A DNA stretch of 64,000 nucleotides from Bugula neritina (taxonomy: Eukaryota; Animalia; Bryozoa), in assembly GCA_964035545.1 (NCBI GenBank), contig OZ037769.1:12864633-12928632 (forward strand), written 5' to 3'. Positions 36,351 to 50,800 of this stretch are shown here, piece by piece (the first letter of the stretch is position 1; every line of letters begins with the position of its first letter). Under the pieces are notes generated by a model, which did no database searches, was not told the origin of the DNA, and was given only the letters and a program-made list of their open reading frames with translations. A program made the position numbers and the translations under genes.

Positions 36351-38187
36351 AGCTTCTACTCAGCAACAAACTATAATGACACCACAGTTTTGTAAACAGG
36401 CATTGGCAGCCTGAGTCATGTACAGCTCAGTGTCAAAAAATTTTGGTAAATAGTAAAAACAATTTTAGATGTTTCAACTTGTATGTTTGATAATGCACAT
36501 GAAATATACACTGGCTTGTTTATTAGAATCAACGAAAATTGATAAAAGAATGAAATACAAGAAAATTAATTAGTGCAATTCCAAGCTAAGTCACTCCATT
36601 CCCTATGTAAAACTTTGGTAAACAGATTGACTTTTTTATGATATTGTGGAATAAGTCGCTTTGCTCAATTTTTAAGGGAATAAATTTTCCTTGAACCAAA
36701 CAAATTTTAGCAATACTGCTAGCACAGCTGTTGTTGTATTTTAACAATGATCTCTTCAAAGAGGAGTCGCTTTATTGAAACTATAAAATATTCACTATTC
36801 GACTACATTTTTTATTACATGTTAAGAATTTTCTGCCCATTACTGCCTGAATATTTTCGTTTTTCAAGTGCTTCAATAGTGATTGTCTAAACGTCTAAAT
36901 TCTTACTTATTAACATGAAAAAAATTCTTAATCACTGTTAGATTATAGTAATTAGACATCATTAGACAGCTCCAAGTATTTGTGAGTTGTCTACTTTCTT
37001 GTATAAAAAGCATTTTGATAATATTAAGAATTTTTGAAGTATTTTTCTCTTGAGCTGACGCAACTAAAGTTGCACTCTCATGGTTTGTGCGTAGGGCCAC
37101 ATGACACGGGTTTCCTGCATGCAGGTCCAAATTTTTGAAAACCCGTCCTGGGAACAAACTGCCACACACAATGATCTTGGGGTTTAACTTTACTATACCC
37201 GCCTACAGACTTTTGTTTTTAAATCTATGTCATCGACAAAGTGACTTTAAATATTATAAAAACAGAAATGCAAACTATATGAAACTGTTTTAATGCAGTT
37301 CGCTAAAAATTAAAACTTGAAGTGAAATTAAAAAGTGTGCTAGAGCTAGATGGTAATCAGCCAATTAATCAAACGAGCTTGCTGCACTTCTCGCTTAGCA
37401 TGTTTCCTGCATGAAAACTAGCACATTTTTGAGCTAAATGGGATTCCCGCATGATGCCCGCACGGGTAAATAATGTTGTGTGGCTCTTTGCCAGTTCTTT
37501 TATAGGCTAATGATAAGCAAACTACTAAGCATATACTAGATAGAATACAGCATAATAATATGTTTAGTAGTATATATATGCCATATATAATCATATGTGT
37601 GTACTAGATCGCAGAGGCTAAGAATAGCTGCCAACCACAAAGATAGTAGAGGAGTACTTGATAGTTAAAAAGTTAAGCAACTGGGCACTCAACTTGTAAA
37701 AACATAATCTACACAGAACTGTTTCAGTTTTAGAAGAAAAGCACACACAAGTACGATTATAATGCAAGATATTCTTACCGATTAGTATTGATGCTGTTTT
37801 AGTTTACCTGGAGTAGAACTTTTAACAAGTTTAGATGATATTTCTAATGAATGTTACTTTTCAATGGGCAACAATGCAAGATTTGCATTCTTTCACAATT
37901 TTGCTGTTACACAAAACATTTTTAGCAAATATTTAAACTTTTCAGTGTATCAAATTATTTTGGTCGATGAATGAATTATTTAGAAGATTTTCTCATTTTA
38001 GTTTTAATAACTTACTTTAATTAGCATTGCGGCCACGTGAAGTATATAATACAAAATTGTATTGCGTGTGATTTATATTAATGAGTATTTCTAAAATAAT
38101 ATGTGGTGTGTAGTGCAAAAATGCATGTGTAGTAAATTATACAAATTATACAATAGTAATGTACAATTTCTATTGTATAAATTTTAG

Positions 38188-38405
38188 AGAGCAGCCGTAG
38201 TCTAGGGGTTAGAGCGTTTGCCTAGTGAACACGAAGGTCATGGGTTCGAGCCCTGACAAAGGCCATTGGTGATGTTAGGAAGAGCATCCAGTCATAATTG
38301 CTCTTGTGCCTCATTTAAATAATTCCTTAGCCCGCTTTAACAAAAACCCTTTCTATCAAGGGTTTCTCACAGGGATAGTGACTATAAACTTGCGTGAGTT
38401 TTTTT
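38188..38405 (+). mobile_element. tRNA-derived SINE, family A, copy 4
   Basis: A/B boxes, shared body and T-run. Flanking direct repeat taatgtacaattt (38157 / 38405). Confidence 0.9.
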
Positions 38406-38585
38406 AATGTACAATTTAATTTGTTTATATTATAATTTTGTTGCATTACACATTAAGTACAGCATATCCTGATGCATTTAGTATCACATGTTGTAAACAG
38501 TACAGAGCACACAGTATAAATAAAGCAGTAGCTAGTTATATCAGGGTTATTTTTTTATTAGACTGGATCATTTGAAAACGAATTG

Positions 38586-38953
38586 CCACTGTAAGATCAC
38601 TATAAGGTCACTGTAGGGTCACCAAAAGGTCACTGTAGGGTCACCATAAGGTCACTGTAGGGTCACCATAAGGTCACTCTAGGATCCCCATAAAGTCACT
38701 GTAGGGTCACCATAAGGGCGCTGTAGGGTCACCATAAGATCACTGTAGGGTCACCAAAAGGTCATTGTAGGGTCACCATAAGGTCACTGTAGGGTCACCA
38801 CAAGGTCACTGTAGAGTTGCATTAATGTTAATGTAAGGTCATTGTAAAGTCACCATAAAGTTACTTTATGATCACCATAACGTTATTGTAGGGTCACATT
38901 TATGTCAATGTAAGGTCATTGTAAGGTCATTGTAAGGTCATCGTAAAGTCACT
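38586..38953. repeat. 22-bp minisatellite (ggtcactgtagggtcaccataa)n built on an 11-bp subunit
   Basis: Seen directly; decays to the right. Confidence 0.92.
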
Positions 38954-39725
38954 GAATCACTCACCATTAAACCTAGAACATCTTAGGAGAAATATGGACA
39001 AGTTTATTATTTATTAGCTTTTTTACAAAATGACCCTATATGGTAATGGAATAGGCACATCATAGTAATAGAATAGCGGTAGTAGCATATCACTATGCTG
39101 ATCAAATAGACATGGTGCCCAGTACTAATTATATATTGCAAAATTGGGACACTTAAGTCATGCATTTTACGATTTTAGCCGCTTTTTAACTATGCTCATC
39201 AAATCAATAGTCAAGTGCTTAGCAATTGTCTTAGTAGTTCAAAGCATATTTTGACTCTAACAACATGTAAGGTGCATAAACTTCTTTACTTTAATCAGAA
39301 AATATAAGCTTTATTCAACAACAAAGGTATTATTGATATTCATGTTGTCAAGCCAGCTTGACAAAGTTATAGCATCCATAATTGAATAGAACAGTTCAGC
39401 AAAATGTTCACTTAGAATACAATAATCAAATCATAATAACATAGTAGTAGCTTTTGGTAAGATGCATAAAATTTAATTTATACAATATGATGTTTGTTTG
39501 TGTTTTTGTATCCACATTTATCAAACATTTCTACTGATTACAATATCTAGTATCAACTCATTGTGGTATATAAAATTGAAATACTATTATGGTGGCTTTA
39601 CATAATACATACACAATCAGGTTTTTGGAACATTAAACACTAGTCATTTTCTGATACATGCAAAGAGAGTATAATATTTAATCATCTTCCTAATAAACGG
39701 GCATCTTCCAGCAAGATTGTAAAAT

Positions 39726-42700
39726 TCAGCCAATCTGCAAGTTTTCAACCAAAGTCTTTTGGTCAATGACTTCAAAGATGTGGGGGGCATCAACAATTAT
39801 GGTAATCGTCCCGATCACAGTCACAATAATAAATGTGTAGAGCAGAAATCTGTCAATCACTGAGGCTACGTACTTCCAGTCATCACAAATCTACAAATTT
39901 TAATGAAAAGATTTTACTGGGAAACCATCAACCAAAGTAATAATTATGGATAGTGCTATTTGATTTAATCAAATTGGTCGTAGTATAGTAGTAGCTGTTT
40001 TGGTAGCAGTAGCGGTAGCGGCAGCAGCAGCAGTAGCAGTAGTAGTAGTAGTAGTAGTAGCGGTATTAGTAGCGGTAGTAGTAGTAGCGGTAGTAGTAGC
40101 GGTAGTAGAAGTAGTAGCAGTAGCAGTAGCAATAGCAGTAGTAGTAGTAATAGTAGCATTCAGAGATGTTTCAAAAATCGTTGGCTCAAACTGACCATCT
40201 CATAATCATCTTTCAGTTTCAGATGCTGAGTTATGTACTCCACTGATTCCAGAGTTTTCTGAGCTCTCACTGAGGAAAGAGCCTCAGTGTTGAACACGTA
40301 GTTTACGTCTCCCTCATCCAGAGACCGACTGAAGGATGACTGGCCAGACATATTCTTCAGCTTTGGCTTTTGACTTTTGAGCTTATCATCACATTCTGCT
40401 ATTTTCTCAGCTATCTTTCTTTTGTGCCATTTTTCGTATTTTTCATGATGTTTTGGTCGTTTCATGAAGAGTATAATTGGCAACCAGTTCAGAAAAACCA
40501 CTCTCATCCAGCGAGACATTTTGTAGGTTCTGGGAGAACTGTAGTTGATGTTTATGATCATCACGGAAGTAATTATAGTTATTATATTCAACATGAAGGC
40601 AAAGAATAAGTACTTGGAGATTAGAGGGATGGTAACAGATGTTGGGGGTAAGCTTCTCGATACCAGGAGAAGGAAAACGATGAGAGCTAGAAGAATTGAT
40701 ATGCAGAGAGTTACTTTCTCCTGCGCATTCGCTGGTAAGTAAAATGTCAATGAACTCAGAAATGAGATTAATACACATGGCGCTAACAGATTAACCGTAA
40801 AGAATAATGTCTTTCTTCGTAATATGATTTTGTACGTAATTTCACTATACTTTTTGTTGGACTCTGGTACAATCTTTGCTGGACAGCCAATCAAATCCCA
40901 TGTTCCACTGTATATGTAGTTGTCAAGATAGCACAACTCTTTATTGTCAAGAAAACCCATTTGTACTTCATCGGAGTTGAACGTCCAAGAGCCAAACTTC
41001 ATTTCGCATTCCTGTTGATCGAATGGGAAGTACCGAACGTCGATGGTGCAGGAGCTTTTATAGATAGCCAGAGGGATCCACATGACCATTCCAGAGCTGT
41101 ATATCACTGTGTGGCAGCAATAGGATTGTTCATATTTTCCGTCAGCACTACAAAACATTGTGGTATGCGTAAACTGGCTTTTTTCACTTTTGACATCTAG
41201 AGCAATATATACACCGACCTGCATATTTTCAAAAGCACAATGCTGCAGCCTTTACTGTGATTGGATCTGTTACGTTTAGTTGAGCATTTCGTTCAGGATG
41301 CAATGTTTGCCTTACTTTTTAACAGATAATTCTTTATATGCCATAATGCATGTATAAACATATTTAATAAATAACAGCTATGTATACACTAAATCTAACG
41401 TTACGCAAAATATATGCAAGTCTATACGTAACTAAAATATTAACAATACTATACAAACTATATTACAGTATGTTGATATTTTGTGTCTCTATCAATATTA
41501 ATAATATTGTTGCTAGCTTTTCAAAAACTTTCTCTTCTCTGACTACTTCTATCAGCAGTGAACGTACTTGTTGAGCAGAACTATATCTGGTTTCCAGACC
41601 TCCTGACAAGGTAGCCTTATAGCTTCTATACCGTCGTATCTGGTCGGATCCCAGGTTAGCTGGTAGTCATTCCAAGTCTGAAAACACGTCAAATTGTTCA
41701 TGAGCTTTGATAGTGATAATAACTGCTGCTAGCGAAGGTTGAATATCATGACAAGTTGCATAAGCTAAATTAATAGACCTTTTTCAGAGGTCCCAAATGT
41801 ACCCCCCCCCCCCTACAATTAAGAGTTGGGGTCTCCAAAAATAAAATTTTGCTGCAGTTGTGAATGCAGAGCCACTGCAGTTTAAATGATTGACCCTAGT
41901 GTTTTGAAAACAAAAGCTTTACCAAGTTGAGAAAAAAACAATTAAAGTTGGTTTTTTGGAATTTACCATACATTTTTAACATTGCATGCTTTATAACTGG
42001 CAATCACTAATGTAGAAACAGTGTGCTCAGTTTCATATGATGAAAGACACCTAAAAAAGGTGAAATGTCTTTTTTAATTCAAGAGTTGGTGAACGTACTC
42101 TTCAATTCATAAAATTTAAGATACATTTTAATGAATAATCGTTGCATGGTATTACTTTGAATAGTAATAAAAAGCAACTGATATACATAATTAAAAAAAT
42201 TCAAATGTTTCACACAAACCAAACATTCATGATTATTTTATTGAATCTAATACTCTAACCATTCTTATCCAGTTGTTGGTTTTCATAATCTGAGTTCTTT
42301 CATCCACGCTGATGACTTGAAATAGTGTGATGCCAAACTGAACTTGCACAGCCTGAGAGATGTTCTTCACTGGTAGTATGAGAGGGTTGTAACCCGGCCC
42401 CTCTATCAGGTCATATACTAGTCTTCTCTCAGACTCACTGCACCCAGCTACAAGAGGCATAGAATTTAGAATAGCTTTTAACAAACTTAAGATTTTAGTT
42501 TAATTTTTTTAAAACTTTTGGCCGAGGAAAATATAATTAACATTGCAAAAAAAACAGTATAGATGGTAGCTTTTGAATGTTAAAGAAGGCCAGGCAGCAA
42601 ATTCTTCAAATATAATACTACAGATTTTAGCAATAGCATGTTTTAACCAATTACTGAATTAAAGCATATATATAGAGTCAAATGTGCTACTGTTATTATG

Positions 42701-45700
42701 AAAGATAAATTAATACAGTTCCAAGTTCTTAGGGTGATCGAGTTTGACTGAAAAATATAAATTAATTTATACATGACAGATGTGCATTTATATATCCTAT
42801 TTCCATTGAGTTACTTCCTGCACTATAATAGATGGCAAAATAATAATTACAGGAAATATTAATTATTATTTCAGTTCTCTTGGAAAACTAGAAAATCAAA
42901 AATTCCATATAAAATGGGAGGAGCTTATTTAATTATGAGATTATAATTTAGTAACCAAATAACTATGTCTTCTTTTCATATAAATAGTAACTTATGTTTG
43001 TAATATATATAGCCATATATTTTATTTCTGAACAGTGTTTACAGCTGGTATTTTCTAGTTAAGGGCTGATAAATGCAGGTGGAATGGATTCACCTAGCCT
43101 TTTTAAGCTAAAGCTAGGAAGGATTTGATTGGCCAAGTATATGCAAATCTTAATAATATGAGTATTTCTTATTTGCCACAAGAAAAGCAACTGCTATTGA
43201 AAAGAGGCATTTTATGATGAGGTGAGTGAATCATGGCTCTTTGTATATAATATTTCAAGTTATCTTCACATTCTACTGTCAAAGTTTCACACTAAACTTG
43301 AAATTTTTAGTAACAGTGACTTTTCTATTCAACTTTGAACTTTAAGCCTGTATGTTGCACCAGCTTAGATAGCATGCAAGGAAAGTCAGGAACATTTAAT
43401 ATAGTTAGATTAGTTTCATAATACCAGAGCCAATAATGAAGAATGCTACCAGCTTGAGCACAAAATTTATTATATATGAAACAAAACTTTTAGAGCATGC
43501 AACCTTAAAACAGTCTGTAAATGATAGCTAAGATACATATGAATACTTTAATACTGCATAAATGAAGTACGTCAAGAATTTTTTATGAATGAATAATTCC
43601 AAAGGAACATTTATGAAACATAGCGAGTCTGTCTATAAATAGAATGTTGTATAACCGTATTCTGATCACATGACAGCTATGACTGCTGCCGTATCATACA
43701 TGCTGCTGAATCATGAGGAATCTACCCTTCAAGGGTATTAAGTATCTACATTTATAGAAAATCATTAAAAGATGAATAGCAAAAGGTCTTGTAGACACTT
43801 GATACTCTGATGCGATAATTGAATTTCATTCAAGGAGGCTGTATAACATTGTAACATTAATTAACTTTACACATAAGCCTTAGCCATAGAGTTTCACTTG
43901 TTATCTTACTCAAAACATGTTAGCTCAGGAACCCCCCCCCCCCTTTCCTCATTATAGTCATCAAGCTAAACTAAATAATATAGACATTGTGCATATGTTT
44001 GATCCATACAGTAGATATATTGTTGATTATTATTGGTGTATAAATATGTTGGGTTTCTTTCAATCCTGCCACTTTCCTTTTCTATGATAAATGTCAAACA
44101 GAATGTCTGCATAAAATATTAGACTAACTATAATCAAAATAAATTAAAGCACTTTTTGGCTTGTATTTTAAAATGCCTATTTTATGAGTTTAATTCAATC
44201 CATGTTAGAAATATAACAAAATGGCGACAAAACTGTGCATTTGTAAAGCATGTAGATAAAGTTTTAAGTAGTTTCTTTAACTGAAGAAAATATTTTATTA
44301 TATATAGGGCCTTATAAAATAGTTTCTATGCCATCATAAACTAAGTATATTATATACTCTCTCAGCTCTTGATATTGTAATAGTTACAGTCTGTTTGTTA
44401 ACAAAAGGTGTGAAACAGATTTGAATGCTTTTCTAAGTTGATAAACGACACAATAGGCAGTCTCAAGCAGTAAATATTTCAAAAAATTTCCATCCTCTCA
44501 AATTTACATACAATAAACCTGAAAATTATTGAGTAAAATAGTTTTTGTTTAGACAAAAAAATAATTAATGTTTTTTAAATAATGTCAATTTTTTTACCAA
44601 AAGTGCATTTTTAGCTTGAGGCATATAATAATGCCTATATAGGGTGGATTAAATGTAACAGTTTTTAAATCATGTGCCTTTGATTATACTATTACCGTTG
44701 CAAAGACTATATATATGACTTTTTCTATGTGATGCAATTTTTACAGTCTGTGACTCTATCACCATGTAGTGCAATCTATGTAATAAAATTTGTTAATGCT
44801 ATTTGGCACAAATGGCACATATACTTCTAAGTAACGTGTACTTTATCAAATGAGTCACCCTTAAAGACAAAGAAAGAGCTTACTAGTTTTTAAGGTTTTA
44901 AAATATTGTTTTTTAAAATATAATCTCAACGCTTTGCATAAGATATTGACAAAGCGAGTGTGTGTAATGCAGACTAATGGGGAAATAGTTATATGATTAC
45001 AAATTAGTCACTTAAATGAACCCGGTCTGTTTGAAACTATTAGTTTCTTTTCAAACAGCAGCTGTAAGCTTTCAAGTCATTAATAATTTACAGCTTTTTT
45101 CGATAGATTTTCTTATGTATTTTTCACTCAGATTTGCAAATAATATCGAATAGCCAAGCATGACAGCCTTAATTCACAGCTGAAGTTCATCTGTGGTTTT
45201 GAAGGCTAACATTAAAAATTACTTGCATGACTTCAATCAGTGTTGAAATTTTACACCTTTTTAACATTTTGATGAGTAAAAATCTATAATAAACTTTGCA
45301 TTGTAAGCTTAATTCACGTCCAACTTTACATCTACTTGATAGAGTATGTGCAGAGATCTAATGTATCGTATTGATTAAAGAGTCGTCAAGTGCGCAGCAT
45401 CTAATTCAGGTAGCATTGTGATTATTTTTGCACAAATTTTATGCTTTGATGAATGGGGAGTTAAAAGAAGGCATTCAGTACACTGCATGTCTACTTGTTT
45501 CACTAATTATAGTTAAGATCTGAAGAGTGCTTAAATTATTCCAAAGTTGACAAATTCAATTGTTTAAAACATTGAAAGCAACGGTAATATCCATAATTTC
45601 ATGTTTCTTAGCTAAAATAAAATTTGCACCAGAGTATTCAAAAGTGCGGGTGCTCTTTAACAGCCCTACTTTATGCTCATATTTGATTCTTAATTTTATC

Positions 45701-45936
45701 CTAAGCATTTACTATACAACAATTTAAATATGTATAAAGGCCAAAGCTAATTTCTTACAAGTATTTTATGTTAAAGATGTACAATAACTGCTGCTAAAAG
45801 CAATTTTCTTCAATATTTTGTAAAACAAACATATTTTTTTTAAAATTGAACTTGAAAGTTTCTAAGTCTTACCGCTTGCTATAAAAGCAGAAAGAATAAA
45901 TCCAGCCAAATACATAGCGCAGTCTACCAATACCAT
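39726..45936 (-). CDS. Nicotinic acetylcholine receptor non-alpha (beta-type) subunit, about 492 aa, 5 exons
   Basis: Exons 45873-45936 (signal peptide, less certain), 42260-42447, 41568-41677, 40196-41147, 39726-39890. Cys-loop CTIDVRYFPFDQQEC, WKPDIVL, FGSWTF. Loop C lacks vicinal CC. M2 EKVTLCISILLALIVFLLLVS (cation-type). DDWKYVASVIDRF. Confidence 0.92.
39980..40158. repeat. (TAG/CAG/CGG)n trinucleotide microsatellite
   Basis: Seen directly in the last intron of the non-alpha nAChR gene. Confidence 0.92.
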
Positions 45937-47817
45937 TGCTTGTTTGGACGAATTTAACAGCTTTAATTAGTCATGATTACTGTATCCGTAATGCAAGGTA
46001 CATGCTGCCAAAGATTGCTGCCACATGTTGTATATCTGCTGACTGAAAAATCTGTGAACTCGCTGGTAAAGTTAGATACTTCACTGTATTGTGTTGTCAT
46101 CAATAATCAATAGTCTTGTATAACCCAAGGCATTTATTCTCTTTCTACTATAATATAATCTCAATGTAAGTCATGCCAAATTAATCTTTTGCTGCCCATT
46201 GTACAAAGACAATTCAGTCAGTCTAGCTATGACCCAAGGCTATGCCCTTAATGTGTTGGTGTATGCACACTACGTTCTAACTTTATCTTGCCGGTATAAT
46301 TAGATAATCAATTGCAAAATATTATGTATTCGAGTCATAGATTTGCAGTGATTCTATTTTTAGCCTTTTTCTGAAAATAAATCTAAGGCCTCAGTTGATT
46401 GGTTTACAGCTTATGACTCAATCTTTAGCTTGTAGTAAGATTTTTAGTTTAGCTGTTGAATTACTTATCAAAAGTTGTCTCTCCATATACCCACCCACCT
46501 TTGTACCCTCCTTTTCATTCAATCCAATAATCGACATTTTTTATAATATTTTAGAACTGTCAATAAAGACTCCCTACAAACTTCATTTATGCTGGGTTAA
46601 AATATTTGCATATATCTTGGCTATCAGGTAAATACAACTTCAGGGTGGTATGCCCAAGCATACTGTTCTTTTAATTGCTCTTTTGCATACATGGCTGACT
46701 TAAACCTTTAAGTTTTGAACTTTAATTAAGCCATTCAGTGCTTTCAGCAGCTAAGATTAGGATGCAATGAAAGTCAGCAATAGTTAGTCTTAGTTTTACT
46801 ATAGCTAGAAGCCAAGGGCCAAATAAAAATGCCATCAGCATATGAGCACAAAATTTCTTATTAAGCAAGATTGTTTGAGTATACAACCCTCATGCAGTAT
46901 GTAGATGATTACAAAGATATATCTATACATAAAGATTTTACTACTGTATAAATAAGGTGTGTCAGGAATTCTTTTCTAGCTTTATCAATGTATCTCATGT
47001 TAAGTTACATCAATAACTGGTGCTGCATGTAACCTTAAACCCGCAACATTTCAATCCTAGAGCTGAATTTATTAGATTAATTTTGCACAAATCAAACAAT
47101 GTATTAGATAAACAAGTTCGTCAGAAGTTATCACTCCTTTCTTCGAGACTTCTCAAATATAACACCAGAAACTCTATGTGTCTATAACCAGCAGTGTACC
47201 AGCTATTTCATACACACCGAAACATTGTACTGCATATACTCAATAATCTTTTATTGGTACAGAACTGTGAAATGTGTTTTATTGTTGTATTTTGTAATAA
47301 ATGCTGGAATAAAACTTGTTGGGCCAGTGTACAGAGTATTATAAAAAATAAGAGGCTTAATTCTGACTTCAAATCTCTAAAGTATTAAGCTACAAAATAT
47401 TTCAGTTTCACATCAAATGATACACATAATAGTATAAAAATATAAATGTTATTGGGGCAACGACTCCTACTACAACTATTTTTTGCAAATATCAAATTAA
47501 TAGCATCACTTTAACTTGCAGCATTTATATGAAACTTTTATAAGACCTATAATACAAAATCAAAACAAACTTATCATATAATAAGTCAATTCATTGAATA
47601 TAAGATCACTGCAATTTAATAAACTATTTATTAAGAATTCTTTCAAACACCTAGCTGTCAAATATAAATACTGCATGCATGGGTGACATGCAGTCCAAGC
47701 ATTTGATTACCAATTATAAGCTACACGTTTTAGCAGGTACTTGCAGGTTTTCAATGCATTTAAGTATGTGGAAAAATATAATGCTAAGAGAAAGCGTCAA
47801 GGAATTGTTACAAGTAT

Positions 47818-50800
47818 CTACTCTCCATCTGCTAAGCTCTCACTGGAGGCAAACACATCTGGCACTGTCATCATGATAACACAACTACTGAGTAATATAA
47901 ACAGAAGAAATATATAGAGGAAAAGTCTATCCAACACTCTGGAGGCAAACTTCCAGTCAGCTATTAGCTGTTCCTCGTCTTCCTTCTTCTTGACTCTGTT
48001 GGATATAGTCTTGAGCTGCGAGAGAATGTCCCGCAAATCAGACCGTGATGGCGAATACGTGGACAGGTCGGGTGAAGGAGGGGTCCCCAACTGAAACAGT
48101 AGATAACATAAGAATTTAGTCTATTTTCAATACTTTTGTATTAATGATAATTTACTTTGCAAAATATTTATATGAAATTGTTTTTGAAGGAAAACATGAA
48201 GCCTAATAACTGATAACTCTGCTCAATTTAATTTATAAACTATATTATTGCATCATTGTGACTTGCCAACATTTGTTGCAGCAATTTTTATTAATGTGGC
48301 AACATAACTAACATGCATGTATGCTGTATTTATTGTATTACATGTATACTTATTGTATTACATGTATACTCATAATACTACACGTATATTTATTATATTG
48401 CATGTATAGTTATTGTATTACATGTATATTTATTGTATTACATGTATATTCATTGTATTGCATGTATATTTATTGTATTACATGTATATTTATTGTATTA
48501 CATGTATATTCATTGTATTACGTGTATATTCATTGTATTACGTGTATACTTATTGTATTACATGTATATCCATTGTATTACATGTATATTCAATGTATTA
48601 CGCGTATATATACTGTATCACAGTTATGTTTATTGCTCAGTCATTTCAATTAAAACATAGACTTAGTTTATGTGAGACCAATACCACGGTGCTCAACACC
48701 CTACCCACAGACTTAAACTTGTTGGTGCTTTAGGCTATTGGCACCATTACATTTATTTACTAAGCATGCTGCTATACTAACTTTACAAGTCTTTCAAGTT
48801 TCAATATAATATTTGGTTACCATTGTACACATATAGCAGATTATAGGCAAATTCCTCCCACTGTATCAATGATATCAAAAGTAATAGTAAAATGCAGTAT
48901 ACTGATCTTGGCAAAGTGTTGAGGGGAAACACCGCTTGTCTGTATAAACCTCAGCAAACCTGAACATTGATTAAATATTTTTACCTGTCTCAGCTTAGTT
49001 TTAGTAAAGTCTCTGCCATTGAGGTGGGGGGTAGAGGGCAGACTGTAGTCATCTTCGTCTTTGATGTTGGTCAACAGGCTTCTGCTAGCCAAGTTGTTAT
49101 ACTCATGCAACTCAATGTTGTTCTGGTGACCGACACTGGACGCTCTCTGCTTGCAGTTACATGACAAGTCTGTTCCCGGTCTCTTTATCCTCAGTAGCTT
49201 CGCTAACCACACACACACTCCCAGACGCACCTGGACAAGACAACTCCAAAATATACATTACTCCAAACAGCAGCTTTTTAAATGTCAAGAATTAAATAGT
49301 TTGATCTGTTTATTTTTAGTGATATGTTTAATTTAACCAACTATGCAGACATAATTGAATGAATGTATGCAGGTAATAAAACTGAAGAGTGTGAATTTAA
49401 TAGAAGTTTGAAAGTTGAAACATTCATTAAGAGTAAGTATAAATTTGTATCTGCTTACTAGAAAAGGAACGAAAACATATTTCATATTTTAGATGTACCA
49501 TCAGCTCTACTTACAGTTACACTGCAGAATTCAGTTAGTACTCTACTAGCTACATGATTGACTGACAATTACAGTCACTTCACTATACATATGACTAACC
49601 CCTAAAGATAAACTAGCATAAGAATTGTTTATAAGAAATACGTACAAATTTGGGCATATTATGAGTTGTCCCTGATCTGTGATGGTAACTTAGAACTAGC
49701 ACTGTTACTCCGACTGATGCGGCATTCATTAGCATCACGCAGCTGAAGTAAATCGCTGAAAATACACACACTATTATAACCATCACTTCCTGTCATATTA
49801 ATCTTGTGTTTTGAAATTAACACAAAAGAGGATGTTGTATTGCATGTATTGTTGATCACGTATCTATAATAATTATGCTCAGTGAGAGTAGTTAGAATAG
49901 TTACCTATGATGGGGACAGCATCTGAGGTGGCTGGCAAAGCTTCTGCCACCATCAACAGGAATACAGTGAGCGAGAGTAAAATGGTTACTCCTAAAACAA
50001 AATGTTTCTGTAAATTATAATATATAACACATTGTCTTACATCACTTCTTCACATAAGCTTCTTTCCGACTGGTAATCGAAACACAGACCTCCAACTTGA
50101 ACATTAGCATGCTAACTGTTACACTATGGGGCTAAGATTGAATCTAAACACTATAGCTACAATAGGGCTACACGGGTGACGCAACGGTAAATACTTCTTT
50201 ATCATCTCTGACTCAGAAACTCACCGAATGATATTTTCTCGCCGGCCTCACACGGGATAGTGAAGGTCAACAGTGTGAGAGCTGCTAACATGAGACATGG
50301 CAAGACTATGTTTATTAGATAGTAGAGTTTTCTTCTCCTGATTTTCATACTGAATGTGAGGTCAATATATGGGTTATCCGGGCAGCAATCATAATATACT
50401 ACATTTCTTTTCACTGGAAACGCTACAATTACAACATGCTTAGATTTGAGGCAATCTAATGCCAAATTATGTTAATGCGCAGGCTGATTTATACTGTGCG
50501 GGCTACTAGCTGAGATGCCATCCAGTGTTGGAAGAATTCAGATAAATAAAATTCTGCAGAGAAATTTTTTGTACTAACCAATCAAATCCCACTCGCCACT
50601 CTTCCTATAAGCATCAATGCTGCCAGACGTGGCACCCCCCTGTATCCTGAGGTCTATCTTCGTACCATCGTACGTCCAAGATCCGAACTTAAGAGGGCAG
50701 TTCTGAGTGTCAAAAGGAAACCACCTGATGTCTATACTACAGGAGCTGACGAATATGCCGGGAGGAAGCTGTTCCACAGATCCGTCTGAAGAAACAACCA

